A DNA stretch of 64,000 bases, taken from assembly GCF_006345805.1 (NCBI RefSeq), contig NC_043004.1:19840001-19904000 (forward strand). The letters run 5' to 3'. The notes beneath the pieces are model-generated. The model saw only the letters and a program-made list of their open reading frames with translations. It ran no database searches and was not told where the DNA came from. Origin of the DNA: Octopus sinensis. Its lineage: Eukaryota. Numbering within the stretch: the stretch's first letter is position 1; each line of letters opens with the position of its first letter. Positions 13,292 to 27,539 of the stretch are shown here, in pieces. The position numbers and the translations under genes are program-made.

Positions 13292-14578
13292 CATATATCT
13301 GTATCTATATCTATATATATATATTTAATCGACATTAATTTTGACTGAAGGTGCTGAATAGCACTATATGTGTTTATCTCATGAATACATTTAGTTATAA
13401 TTATCTATATGCTCTCTATATATCTATATGTATTTATATGTGTATATTTATATATCTATATTTAAAGGTAAGTAGAGTTTGCAGTTGGAACAACCGTCTA
13501 AGCGATAAGAATATCCGTTAAAAACTTACCGGTATAACTTAACTATGTTAACCCTGGGTATGGATATGCAAGCATACTATGCACATAGGATACAAGTAAT
13601 AACAGAATAAACAAGAGTTTGTCAAGAATCAAATTTAAAATGAGCAGCAAATGGAGAAAACTTTTGATCAACAATGAAATTGACTACCATCGGTTAAATA
13701 TTTTTAATACACAACTTGAACATCGCTTACAGCCGGTTCTGCCGCCTATGTCGGTCGGTACCGCAAAAAGCATTATCAGAATAATATTCGTCATTTTTAT
13801 AGCACATCCGATATAGTACATGGAGTTTCATCAGGGAAGGGGAAATAAATTAGAATACTAGTTTGCAGTGTAAAGTGAGCAAGTGAATAAACTACCAAAA
13901 AAACTAGAAAAATAATTCGTGGGTTAATCTTTCTTTAGGGGTACCAGGGTGTACAGATAATAAGAAAACAAAAGAAGTACTTAAGTTTAACAGGATGCAC
14001 CAATAATTCTAGAAAAAGAATAGTACTTATGATTTCGTAAATATTTATCCAAAAATCACCCGTAGAGTTGTTACAATAGTATACTTACTGAAATATTCTA
14101 AAGACCAACCATCTGTTGTTTGTAGTGGGATTGACCAAAGTCCAGCCATCTTTACAAATGTTCAGTTAAATTTAAAACCAAAGGAATCTAAAACCGTTAT
14201 AGGGTAGGTGTAAATAAAGGAAGTAAATAAAAAAATAAATATAACTGTAACAAAAAGTATGGGGGAGTAGTTTATGTCATAAGTGGCGCACACTTACCTA
14301 GAGAAAAACAATCAAAACGCGTCATGTTCAACCCTGGCGGTGTTCTGATTTGTTTTGGACCAAACGCAGAACTGTCTCAGTGCAAAAATTTCAATAAGAA
14401 GTGAATATTCAGATGCAAACATTCAAAGAGATATTGTTGTTAATATTCCCTCCTTATTGAAATTCCTAAACACTTTAGACGTCCAGTGCATCCTTATGCT
14501 TAGTGCTAATTTTAATTTTATAGCTATTTTATGCCATTTAATACCTGTGACCACCTATATTATTGCTGTTGTTATTAT

Positions 14579-16090
14579 ACTGGGGAACATTTCAAAAACA
14601 AAAATTTAGTTGTCTCGCTTTTTACAATTAGTCCTATCTAATTTGATGGTGTTGTGTTCAGAAATGCCCCCAGAAATGTTTTATCACGTTAAAGTTCTTG
14701 TTAAACAGGAATTCATTGTTTTACCAAAAGAAAAAAAAATGTCAATTTTGCCATTAAATGCAATGCTGAAATTAGAAACTAACACAAACCAAATAGTACT
14801 TTTTTATTGTTTAACAGATATATTACCCAAAATGTTTAATTACACATCTTACAATATATATTTCTACCAAACTGGAGTTTCAGCTGCTCAAGGAATGAAA
14901 TTTCTCTTTGCTGATTTATGTGAATAAATTGCATCATGACAGTCTCTTTGCAGTGATCAGCAGTAGACAGCAGCATGTAGGTGTTCCATCTGCGTTGATA
15001 CCTAGTCCCCATGTTCTCTATGTCTTGGTGAAATCTTTTTCTTTGCTCATCACTACTGGCTTAGGATTTTCAAAGAAACAGTCCAGAAGACTGTACAGGA
15101 AATGTATATTTGCACTCATATCGCAGCCCATTGCTCGAAAACTGGTTAACAGGGTCCGCACAAGATCTTCGTAATTTGATGGCTTCCTGTTTCTCAGGAA
15201 ATCCTATACAGCTGTAACAAAAGCATTCCATGTTTCTTTTTCAATGACAGACATGGTCTGCATAAACAGCTCGTCCGTCGATAGTCACCTAATTTGTGGC
15301 CCATCAAACACTCCAATCTTATTTTTCTCACAAGACAAATCTAGTTAACTATTTGAAGCGGTCACTGTCTCAGTGTTTCAACACATGTTTTGCACACTAT
15401 ATGGGATGCCCAATCTTTGTCTAGTCACCCAGTTTCATGCTAATGTAAGTAAGTAATGTAGGCTTTCTTCACAAAATCTGTGATTGTTTTCATTGCGTAT
15501 TCCAGAAATAGCAGAAGATATCGGGACTGTTTTTACATCCTCTTCTTTCACAACTGGCCATATTTCTGAAATACAAAACATGTTCAAAAAAGAGTTGTCA
15601 GTTGGGAAAGCATTTTCAGAATAATCAACAGTGATAAAGTAAGCAAATGCAGATTTGTGATGGCAAAGTTCCATAAAAAGCATACATACCATGAAGTTCC
15701 TTTTACAGTTTTTTAACCATACTTCACGAAAAGTGACTTTGACCTAAGTAACTTCAAGCAAAATATTAAAGGCGCATTCAAAGATACTTAAAACATAAAT
15801 TTTGTTTTTACTTTGTAGTTGTATTTACCTTAAATGACATTGTAAAATCATGTTTTCAAAGTTACGTCAAGCTCCATACGTGGGTTCGCATTTCATGAAG
15901 TCAAATCTAACTTTAGAAATGGTGACAATACCAGAAATGTTAAAAAATGGACATCTCAGTTTGTGAAAACTCTTGACGTGATAGAGCAAAGTGGATTTCA
16001 TTTTTGAAATCAGCACCCTCGAATTAGTAGGAAACATGCCTCTAACATCAGACAACGAAACCCCTGTAGTAAAGATTGTTTGCCAACATA
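14579..16090 (-). mobile_element. Degenerate DNA transposon with transposase remnant, probably Chapaev3/CMC-like
   Basis: Minus-strand frames give GVFDGPQIR, EKETWNAF, FLRNRKPSNYEDLVRTLLTSFRAMGCDMSANIHFL, SDEQRKRFHQDI..RYQRRWN; degenerate subterminal inverted repeats 14633-14689 / 15976-16031. Superfamily label is from memory and unverified. Confidence 0.7.
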
Positions 16091-18563
16091 AACATGGCAG
16101 TCCTGGTTTAGAACTAACGTTGCTATAATTTAGCCCCAGGTGACATCATCTCCAGCTGGCTGTACGGCACGATCTGTGTCCTTATATTTTTGAATAAGGG
16201 AATTTAGCATCCCCACTCAGCTTAAAATGTTAAAATATCTGTGTATCGTGAATTCTAGATTATTTCTCTTCATCAGCACCGAATAATTGCTCTGTTTCTC
16301 AATATCTTATATTCACTGCAGATAATGTTAACAATAATAATATCTTTATGAATGTTCACATCTGAATATTTTCAAGCAAGCACGTTAGACGCCCAGTGCG
16401 TCCTTATGGTTAGTGCTATATAAATATATATATATATATTTGATGTCCTGTACCCATATATGCATGTATATGTACATATATACATGTGGGTGTGTACATA
16501 TATGTATGTATATATGCATTTATTTATATATTATTTATATTATATTATATTATATTATATTATATATATATACACCCATATATGTATATATATGTATGTA
16601 TGTATGTACATGGATGTATATATATGCGCACACACATACACACGCGCACACACATGCACACACACAAATACACACGCACAGACACACTCTCAGAGAATAA
16701 CGAATATTTACTCCACAGACACAAGCCTACGCACATACCCATACACACACGCACATACACACACATACATACACATATGCACACAAAGACAAGCACACAT
16801 ACGCAGAATGATACTCATACTGATTTATCATTATATATTTAGTAATAGCTACAAATGTATACGGACGTTTCCATGTATACAAACACTCTCTTGTTTTTGT
16901 GTGTCTAATTAAGAAAATACACCAGTGATCGATAGCACCTCATAATTTATCTTGAAATAATTGTCACGCAGATTATGACAAACCACCGTGTGTTATGATG
17001 TTTAAATCTGTCATGAAATATTTCACATATTGTTCATAGATACTCTCTGAGTGGAAACATTTAATAGATATTTTGAATATTTCTGTTTCAAATTAAACTG
17101 ACTAAATTAAATATTAGTGGAAGGTAATTAAATCATTAACTCTTTACCAGAAATTAGCAGAAGTGATATGTATAATCAGAATCAGAGATTTAAATGGTAT
17201 GTCTAAACCGTTGTACAATACTTAATTTATTTTTCTATATAACGTAATATGTCATATACTTTCTGATTAATGTGTTGCAAAATATAGAAAAATTAGATTT
17301 AATACCATCATATGTCAAGTTATTAAAAAGAATTACCTCTAACACACACACACGCACGCATACACACACACACACACACGCACGCACACACACACGAGCA
17401 CATACACATACACATACATCCACATGCGTATCTTTATGCATATACACACATGTACGCCTGCATGGATGGGCGTGTTTTCTTTCTCTGATGAATGGTTTAA
17501 TATAGTAAATCTGATAAGTTATGTAAAATCGGTAACATTTCGTGCGTTTGCTTTCAATTTCTTGGAGAAAATGCTTCTGCTACTGATGATGATGATGATG
17601 ACGATGACGACAACGATTAGGTTCCTACTCTGATCTCTCATAGATATGGAGTCGCTAATGTATTACCTCCAGCAGATCAAAGATGAATGCAATATTCAAG
17701 AATGTTTCTTCCTTTCTTCCCCAATACCTCACACTATTTTTCTTAGTTATTATCTATAATGATTTAATGTCAGGCGCTGAAGTTGTTAAAGGCATGAGCA
17801 TCATATCTTTCTATTGTACACTAAAACTCAAAATCATCAAGACCCATATTAACAATAAATATCTCTCATCGTTTTCCAGCTCTATCCATATGATCAAAGG
17901 AAGATTCGTATTAATCATGAGTAACGTCCTTTCTCTCACAAACAAGAACATCCAAACTCATCAATTTCCATAAATTCAAAGACTTATTTCCAATAAAAAA
18001 GAATCAGGTTGATATCATGACAATGAATCTTCAGTATTTTAGCAAGTCTCAAACTTTCTATAATTTTAAACATGCTTCTTGTCCTTATATTTTAATATTA
18101 AAGATAACCAGTCTTAAAATGGCTACACGTCTGTCAGTTTTTTCTCATATAAAGAAATGTTTAAGAGTAGCTATGGTAACAAATGCAAGTGCATAGATGT
18201 AACAGGATGCACACCTAAAGATCGATACAAAATATTCAATGAAATATGAGGAAGATAACATCGTTTCGTCAAAGATACGCAGTTTCTTGATGAACGACTC
18301 AACATCACAGTAGATAATTAATAATTTGTGTAACATCGACCTATAGAGGCGTGTAACATTCTCTTCATATAGGCAACACTTGTTGTTTCCTTTTCTAAAC
18401 ACATGAACTATGTGTTCTAAAGCGTTTGCTTTCGGGTCACATAGTTTTAGTGCGTAGGAGCTGGGGCAAGTGTCTCCTGCTATAGCTTGGTCCGGCCAAA
18501 GTCTTGGGAGTGCATCATATGTCTATGTATGTATGTGTGTGAGTAAGTGTGTGTGTTTGTGTG

Positions 18564-18599
<36 letters not shown>

Positions 18600-18807
18600 A
18601 AATAGAAAGATGAATAAACTTGTTGTAGATTAATCAAAAGTTAACCGATACCTTAGTAGCAAAAATCACAGCAGTAAACAGCACGGTTGGAGGTACAACC
18701 ATCTGGCGTTGCAACCGTGCGTTGGTGCGGATAATTGAAATTAAAACATTATTGGTGAATTGAGGAAATGGAGCTGAACGCAGATTGAACAGAAATCGTT
18801 TTGTTTC

Positions 18808-18847
<40 letters not shown>

Positions 18848-18849
<2 letters not shown>

Positions 18850-19196
18850 GGTGGCTGTGTGGTAAGTAGCTTGCTTACCAACCACATGGTTCCGGGTTCA
18901 TTCCCACTGCGTGGCACGTTCTACTATAGCCTCGGGCCGACCAAAGCCTTGTGAGTGGATTTGGTAGACGGAAACTGAAAGAAGCCCGTCGTATATATGT
19001 ATATATATATATGTGTGTGCGTGTTTGTGTGTCTGTGTGTTTACGTCCCCGTACCTTAGCGGTTCGGCAAAAGAGACCGATAGAATAAGTACTTGGCTTA
19101 CAAAGAATAAGTCCTGGTGTCGATTTGCTCGACTAAAAGGTGGTGCTCCAGCATGGCCACAGTCAAATGACTGAAACAAGTAAAAGAGAAAAAGAG
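18848..19196 (+). mobile_element. tRNA-derived SINE (family A)
   Basis: GTGGCTGTGTGGTAAG...GGTTCCGGGTTCA head; 3' end GGTGCTCCAGCATGGCCACAGTCAAATGACTGAAACAAGTAAAAG; multiple copies in the window. Confidence 0.9.
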
Positions 19197-19214
19197 TATA
19201 TATATGCATATATA

Positions 19215-19260
<46 letters not shown>

Positions 19261-19264
19261 ACAT

Positions 19265-19845
19265 GTATGAATGTATCCCCACATACCCCACCTCTACCCC
19301 CACCATCTGCCCACCTACAAACCCTAACTCTACCGTAACCCCCCAGCCGAATCCACACCCCACCTGTGCTTTCCTCACTCTCGCCTCCCCCACCTCCCAA
19401 CAACATCACACCACACCACACTACACCATACAACATTACACATCACATCACAACACACCACCCACACACCCATCCCCACATCTTCACACCTACACATACA
19501 TACACGCACACGTCCAGACCACAGCCCTCTTTCACACTCACATACATACTCTCTTATACACACGCGCACCTTTGTGTTGGGAACATCTTTACCTTGTTAT
19601 CTCCCCTACTTCCTTCCTGTGTTTGACCCTTCTGTCCGGCACTAGTCGCCATGATAGATCGTAAGCCACTACACACATGTTTTTTTCTCCTTGTTTCTCT
19701 CCTTTTTTTTTCTGTGTCACTCTCTGTAGAAGAGCGTAGGCTCTAAACGTAAAAGACTTTTTCTATTCCTGAACGTTATACTAATACATCTGTTTGTTTT
19801 GTACACCACCCGTCTTCGTCTTTTGTTTCTTTTCCTAAACTCTCC

Positions 19846-19847
<2 letters not shown>
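19265..19847 (+). mobile_element. C-rich non-coding repeat with terminal HHR-like motif (Penelope 3'-end-like); second copy at 49410-50168
   Basis: Aligns with 49700-50168; contains CTGTAGA-A-GAGC(GTAG)GCTC-TAAA-CGTA-AAAG at 19721-19755. Confidence 0.65.
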
Positions 19848-19902
<55 letters not shown>

Positions 19903-20314
19903 CGACAGTAATTACATCCTAGATTATGGTGGAGTAAACAGATAAGCTTCAAGAGGAGACAGCTGAGATTTTACCCTATCTACATACATAATATACAAAC
20001 ACAAACACACACACACGTGTGAGTGTGTGCGTGTATGTGTGTATTTGAGTTTGTCCCTCACAGCCGCTTCACAACCATTGTTTGTTTACTTCCTCATAAC
20101 CTAAGGGTTTGCACATCGGCCGAGAGAATAAATCCTAAGTTAAAAAAAATAACTGCCGAAGTCAATTCGTCTGATGAAATACCGCTGTCCAAGACTAAAA
20201 CATGAAATATAAAGTATAAGGGATAATATAAAAGCTAAACAGTATAATACACAGTATAGCTATGTTAAAATGAAATAACGTTCAGTGCCACAAATTATTA
20301 GAAATAATGTATAT

Positions 20315-20660
20315 ACTGCGTGGCATCTTGGGCAAGTGTCTTCTACAATAGCCTTGGGCCGACCAAAGCCTTGTGAGTGGATCTGGTAGACGGAAACTGA
20401 AAGAGGCCCGTCGTACATATGTATATATGTGTGTGTGTGTGTGTGTATGTTTGTGTATCTGTGTTTGTCCCCTTAGCATTGCTTGACAACCGATGCTAGT
20501 GTGTTTATGTCTCTGTCACGTAGCGGTTTGGCAAAAGAAACCGGTAGATTAAGTACTAGGCTGATAAAGAATAAGTCCCCGGGGTGATATGCTCAACTAA
20601 AGGCAGCGCTCCAGCATGGCCGCAGTCAAATGAGTGAAACAAGTAAAAATGTGAAAGAGT
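20315..20660 (+). mobile_element. SINE family A, 5'-truncated
   Basis: Matches 18848-19196 and 41404-41895 from ACTGCGTGGC to the 3' tail. Confidence 0.88.
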
Positions 20661-20695
20661 ATACATATACACACACACATTAACACACATGGAAG

Positions 20696-21072
20696 TACTC
20701 CGTCGGTTACGACGACGAGGGTTCCGGTTGATCCGAATCAACGGAACAGCCTGCTCGTGAAATTAACGTGTAAATGGCTGAGCACTCCACAGACACGTGT
20801 ACCCTTAACGTAATTCTCGGGGATATTCAGCGTGACACAGAGAGTGACAAGGCCGGCCCCTTGAAATACAGGTACAACAGAAACAGGAAGTAAGAGTGAG
20901 AGAAAGTTGTGGTGAAAGAGTACAGCAGGGATCACCACCATCCCCTGCCGCAGCCTCGTGGAGCTTTTAGTTGTTTTCGCTCAATAAACACTCACAACGC
21001 CCGGTCTGGGAATCGAAACCACGATCCTATGACCGCGAGTCCGCTGCCCTAACCACTGGGCCATTGCGCCTC
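20696..21072 (-). mobile_element. tRNA-derived SINE (family B)
   Basis: Minus-strand head GGCGCAATGGCCCAGTGGTTAGGGC...GTTTCGATTCCC; body matches 3470-3837. Confidence 0.9.
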
Positions 21073-21742
21073 CAAACACACATACGCCCACACGCATACG
21101 CACATACACACATGAATGAATTTGATTCAATATAACTAAAATTTTGAAATGTCCGTCAGCACCATTAGCATGTGAGAGTATTCGTTCTTCAAAGTTAGCC
21201 ACCCTTTGACTGCATTTCATTTATTTCTTGCATTTATAATAACCAGGACGAAATTCAGTAATATGGTTTTTATTTCCCAAATCCTGAGTCGCGGTTTTTT
21301 TTCACAATTACTCTCCGACAAATATAAATAATTTTTTATATATATTTTGTCATGTGTGAACATATTTAGAGTGTTTTATTCTGCTATATACTTTTCCCAC
21401 AGACAGATGTTCTTACTTGCTTAACATCATTTTAGGCTTTATGGACTCCTCCCGAGACGCATATTTCTTGTCTTGTTCAAATGCAAATCTGTTGGAATTT
21501 ATATTGGTATATATTTAATTCTGTACGTATATAGCGTTTAGGGTAAGATCAAAGTGTTATGTATATATACAGAGAGAGAGAGAGAGGGGGGAGGGAGGGG
21601 GGGAGAGAGAGAAAAAGAGAGATGGATAGGTAGATAGATGATACATAGAAGGTGTTAGAGACACACACGCACATATACATCTAGTCATATATATCTATAT
21701 CTATACACACATACACACACAAATATATATATATATATATAT

Positions 21743-21802
<60 letters not shown>

Positions 21803-21805
21803 ATA

Positions 21806-21855
<50 letters not shown>

Positions 21856-21902
21856 AATACATATATATACATATATATATATATAATATATATATATATA
21901 TA

Positions 21903-21938
<36 letters not shown>

Positions 21939-22289
21939 AAACCTATACAAAGGCACACATAAAAATAAATACATCAATATCAATTCTCTTAAAAAAGTGT
22001 CTGTATATGTGTATATAGTTTGTCGGTCTACAGCGGTAACGAAACGGTCTACCACTACTTTTAAAACGAATATGTTTGTCTGCGCCAGTAATAACAGGAA
22101 AAACAAAACAATAACTTACACTTAGCAGTCCATATCTACTGATAATACAAATGATGAAGAAACTGAGTTGTAAGAAACTATTAAAAAAGCTTTTGTAATT
22201 CACAACTTTTGAGTTTAAGATTTTGGCCAACTTGTTTAGGAAAAGGTTGGTGCTTGTCATCTATGATCCAATCGGGGGAGCACAAGCAT

Positions 22290-24330
22290 GCGCAACGACG
22301 CCAAGTAGTTCCACTTACGATAATCACCTAGTGTGACATATCAGGGGGAGGGTAGGGAATCGAGCTGTGTTTGGTGACTTGGATTACTCAGAAGCGTCTG
22401 ATATGATAGACGACTGTCATCCGGAAGCTGTGGTGAAAGCGACCGGTTTCGGGGCTGTGTTAAGAGGCTGGATAGCTGCTCAATGTGGTATCTACTCAAT
22501 GGTTAAGGTAAATATCCACCGTCGAACTTCGGTAATGCCTCGTCCATCCTTCGTCTATAAATCCTGGATCTCGAGCTGCTGAGGGTCATGTCTTTTAAAG
22601 TGCGACAGCGTGGAAGAGAAGTGTTAGTTTATGCAGATGACGTTATTCTCGTGGTGTTGGTCATCACCAAAGTGAAGGTGGTTGACTTATTACTGAAGGA
22701 AAACCATGCGGTGTCTGAAGCGAAAATAAATCCAGAAAAATCGGTGGGTTTGATGCTTAGCAGTTGCAGAGGCAAGCCCAACCCGTCTGGTGGTATCGTG
22801 AGGTGTTGATCTGAGAGACTGGTTAAACAGACTAAGCTTTGTTCGGACCTGACATCTAGCTGAGCCGAAACTGTGGCTACTCTCACTCAAATGTGGGGAA
22901 TCGTTTATCCCATGACTGTGATGCCTTGCTCAGTTACTGATTCCGTGAGGTGGGTTTAGTATACTTTAGCTACTAATGCATAGACATACACACCAGCTTC
23001 CGCCCCTCTAGAGATTCCTGGAGAGAGAGCAAGTATGGACACCGTTGGTGAGGTACATCTTTCGGTTAATTGTCTCTTGGAGTATTGTCAGGCGCTCAGC
23101 GCCCTCTATTAACGGGGCAATACCTACAACGCTCTTGGGAAAAAATATTTTTATGTATTTCGTGTGACGACATAGACACCAAATGTAGGCCTTACGGAGC
23201 ATATTTCTTATAACAATCGTTTCCTTACCGCGTTGTTTTCGTGTTTAATGCAATGCGTTACTAAAAAGAAATACTTCCACTAATACATTTGTGACGTGAT
23301 ATGTCATGTCATCACCGCTCTCACTAGTGAGGAGTTCCCTTACTATTACAGTCAGAAGTAATGTGCCAAGCAGTAGTATCAATTGCAGTGATGTTGAAAA
23401 CAGCTTTTGAGTACTATTGACAAATACAAGAGCAACAATAACAACAACAATTATAACTGTCATCTGAAAGCTGTTTTGAAAGCGACCGGTTTCAAGACCA
23501 TGTTCAGTGAGTGGGTGGCTGCGAGGGAAAAGTTATTTGTGAATGGGAAAGGAAACTTTTAAAAACAGCAGCAAAAACAGGGCTTAGAAAAATTACATCA
23601 ACAACAGCAGAAGCAACGGAAACTCCAGCAATAACAACTACGCTAGCAGTGACAAAAGCAACAAGCGTGAGAGAAGAGGAAAATGATAACTCAGTAACAA
23701 CACCAACAATAGAAAGATTAGCGTCATCATTGGCAAGACTCCCTAGGTCATAGTAACGTTCCATAGAGAGCTGTACAACTTCTGCCTGGAAAATAAGTGG
23801 GACAATTTTATGGGAGATGTGAAGCCCTCGCACTCCCATTCAGACTTTCTCTGCGAATGCTAGAAGAACGATAATTTATCGCTGTGTGTCACTGAAAAGG
23901 CATTGTCTGGAGATAACGAAAATACGTATGATGAAACAGTCTTCTAGGATGTATGGTAGGATATCTTAGCTTGTATCTTCGGTGTAGGCGTTCAGTATGT
24001 CACAGGTTATCGCAGTTCAATATTAATTGCTCACGGTTCCCACAATTAGAAAAGAAAGACTATTAGGCTAATAATACCGGGTGTCCTACCAGGACTGGAT
24101 ATCTAGAGAATCGTTTCTCTGCGGCGTGTTGAAGGAATGAACACTCAGCTGGATGTGAGAAGGAGATAGGAGAACTAGTTTGGAACCACTTTGGATATAC
24201 TTTTTCGTAGAAAACCAGAAGATCTTAAAGAATTTCATACTTCTCTGATCCGCCTGATGAACGGGCTGAAGTTGCAAGTAATTGTGGAAGGTAAAACCTG
24301 GACGCCATTTTGTTGAAATAATGACCTTCT
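22290..24330 (+). mobile_element. Old fragmented L1/Tx1-like LINE (RT remnants)
   Basis: DLDYSEASDMID..VVKATGFGAVLRGWIAA, LVYADDVILVV, EAKINPEKSVGL; a second VLKATGFKTMFSEWVAA piece near 23475; interrupted by CAA/GCA low-complexity tracts. Confidence 0.7.
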
Positions 24331-25304
24331 GTGTACGCAACTAAGCCAAGAAAGTAGAAAGAAGTTTCCTATTGCCTCGGAAACCACGGCTGTCGCAACA
24401 ACAACAGAAGCAGTAGAAACAGTAGCAACAATAGCAATATCAGGAGCGGAGAAACAACAAAACAACGTGACAAAAACAGCAGTGGCAACAACAGACTGGC
24501 GCAAAAGATATAATCGTGGCAGCAACTGTGGCAAGAGCAACAGCAGAAACACCAACGTGTAAGTTGTCAATATTAGCAATAATAAAAAAAAATATCACCA
24601 CCCAGAGGATACCCCAGTTCGCCATTCTCTCCTCCAGTCATTTTCGTCCCCTCTCACATGTAGCAAAGCGCATCAACACATGCACACACATGAAGACGTG
24701 CTCCGCTTCCGTCCGAGTCGGAGCTCTCTAGCTGACAACCAGACTTTGTGATGAAGTAGAACCACAAAAAGAACTTGAAAAATATCGGATAAAACAATAA
24801 GATATGACGGCAACACTAACTCCTTAACAACAAACAACGCAAAAGCCATGCCAAAAGTATTAGCAACAATACCCCATCAACAGTAACAAAACTCACAGAT
24901 GCAAGAAGGAACACAGAAGTGTAAAACCAACAAACTCACAAATCCAAGAATAGTGAAGTGGTTACATCTACACTCATACACAGTTACCGCTCGACAAAGT
25001 AGGTGCAACGAGATTTCGTCAGGTGTGTTTTTTGGGGTTTTTTTCTGTTGTTTTTTCATTCGCTAATTTTTCTGTCAAACACGCTACCTCATTGTGGATA
25101 TATTTCTTCCTCAGTATATCAAGTCAAAGCTTTCTAATTTTCTCCACATCCGGTTCTTCAGCGTTGTATTTCTATTCACTCCAACTTCTCAAACCAGCTC
25201 TTCGGAATATTTGGAGCAACCTCTTTTAGAACTGGTCTCTTCTACTTTTAATGTTATTTTAGTTGCCTTTGATGTTACTCTTTAGTTGTTGCTATTGTTG
25301 TTGC

Positions 25305-25352
25305 TCTTCTTCTTCTTCTTCTTCTTCTTCTTCTTCTTCTTCTTCTTCTTCA
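25305..25352. repeat. (CTT)n microsatellite
   Basis: Direct tandem repeats. Confidence 0.95.
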
Positions 25353-25626
25353 GGTTATGTTAAAAGCGATGGCGATGATGGTTGCGCTCGTCGATTATCC
25401 CTAGAGGCCTTTCTGTATCAGGAGAGCTACATCTCCATCATCACCCCCTTTTTTTGTTTAACCGTTGTATGCTATGTATATGTCACTTCTTTTGTCAGTG
25501 CATACCGCGTATACTTTCATTACAAAAACAAAAGTTTTATCATCTCATTATATGTAACCCCCCTCATTTTATGCCTGTCTTTGTATTGTTTCCCTCATCT
25601 TTCGCCCTTGTGGCAAATAAATGGAA

Positions 25627-25681
<55 letters not shown>

Positions 25682-26712
25682 AATCGACAACATCTGTCAA
25701 AACTAACATTCACCACTATAATCGCCTTCATTAACCTTCAACATTCTCTAAACGACAAACAATGGAACAGAAGTGAAGAACCATCCGGCAACTGTACTAC
25801 TGTAGAGGCCCGGATATAATCTCCAGCATGGTCTGAATGTCAGAAACGTGCTTTCTTAACTTGACAAAGCTGACAGATGTTCATGAAGGAATTATAGCGA
25901 TTATCAACGAAAAGTTTTCATTTGTGGATTGTTTTGGCATGGATAGAAAATGACAGGAAAGAAGAAATATGTTTGAAAAATGTTTTGTTCTGTATCTGGC
26001 AAGACGAACTTTGAAGCAATGGTTTAGGGAATAAATCTGACACAAGATTTTAAAATATTGTTTTCTTATTTAAGACATGAAATGTTCTCCCGTGTTTCTA
26101 CCTTGACAATCACTTTTTCTTGATTCAGCTTTTAAATTAATTGATTCTCAACGAACATTTTTAATTTCTGAAATCAGCACAGAGCTTTAAATTGATACGT
26201 GAAGGAAATGTTATCAAGTGTCACATGAAAGAGGGTCATTTGCATACGGTACGATACGGATAGGAATAATGACATTTATATTCACATTGGGTTTCCTTAC
26301 AAAATTCACTTAAGGGAGATAATTTTAGTGATTGTATTTATCGAGGTGGGAAATAAAGCAACCAGCATTCAAGCAACAAAAGAAATTATAGCAAGATTAA
26401 ATAATGATGGATGCAGACAGCAGGTAAATAAGTTTTTATCAATAAAATAGACGAACCTTTTGAAACATATTTTACATTGTTTCTCTATACAGAAATAAGG
26501 TCGCAGATATATGTACAGTAGTCTGGTGTTTTTGAGTTCGAATCCGGTGAAAGTTCAGTAACTAACATTTTGTCCTTTGATATTTATTCTTTTGAATGAA
26601 ATTTTGATTATGTGATATATGTATGTTTGCCGGATAACATCATCAAATACTATCGTCCACGTTCTCGCCGGTTTCCCTCCGTGTGAGAAGAGGGAAATCT
26701 TTTCTTTTGCTT

Positions 26713-26908
26713 GTTAGGGTTAGGATTTTTGAGTTAGCTTTAGGGTTAGTGTTTTAGGGTTAGGATTAGGGTTTTGGATTTAGGGTTAGGATTAGGGTTT
26801 TAGAGTCAGTGTTAGAGTTAGGGTTACGTTTTTAGGGTTAGGGTTGGGGTTTTAGGGTGAAGATTGGAGTTTTAGGGTTAGGGTTGGGATTTCAGGGTTA
26901 GAGTTACG
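26713..26908 (+). repeat. Interstitial telomere-like degenerate (TTAGGG)n tract
   Basis: Many TTAGGG/TTAGGA/TTAGAG hexamers interspersed with TTTT spacers. Confidence 0.85.
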
Positions 26909-27539
26909 GTAAAAGTGAAAAAATGAAGAAATTGGAGGGGGAGGCAAAAAAAAGTATTTCCGAAAATAGTAGCTGAAAATAGTAGGAAAATAGCAGGAAA
27001 AAAAAACTAAAAGAAGTAGGAATGCACGAAAAATTGTGGTGGTGACATGAAGTAAATATGCTTCAGATACACTCGTTTATTCCTATAAACGTAACTGAGA
27101 TGAAATATGTCATGAATGATAGTAACGAACGAAATACACACCGCCGGAAGTTGTTGACAAACAACAGCGGTAATTTTATTCAGCTGAATACACGTCATTT
27201 ATTGGTTGAAAGTACTGAAATACGACAGTTTTAACACGAAGAAAATACAAACTTTTCTCAACAACAAAAGTAAAAGATGTTTTATATGACACATTCTACC
27301 AGTGCTCGAAGTTTTAAAGTGTTTACTTACAACAAATTAATTTCTAGATCTGCCGTTCAAACGGTCCAGATCCAAGTATGATATTTCCCTGAATATTGAT
27401 AATATAATCTCATTTATCTGGGAAATTGTTGATACCTAGGGTGTAAAATTCTTGAGGTTTCGAAGCAAAGAAAATCTCAGTATCATTTATAATCACTTTA
27501 CTACAAATAAACTGTTATCCTTTAAAATAATGGTACAAG

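Noticed and set aside
13340-13370. CTGAAG-GTGCT(GAAT)AGCAC-TATA hairpin resembling an HHR
   Set aside because: Both core segments are mutated; too degenerate to call.
23430-24890. Thr/Ala-rich, mucin-like ORFs
   Set aside because: Degenerate CAA/GCA low-complexity tracts interleaved with LINE fragments; short and stop-bounded.
25125-25165. Minus-strand CTGAAGA...GAAA
   Set aside because: Stem II only 2 bp and no stem I.
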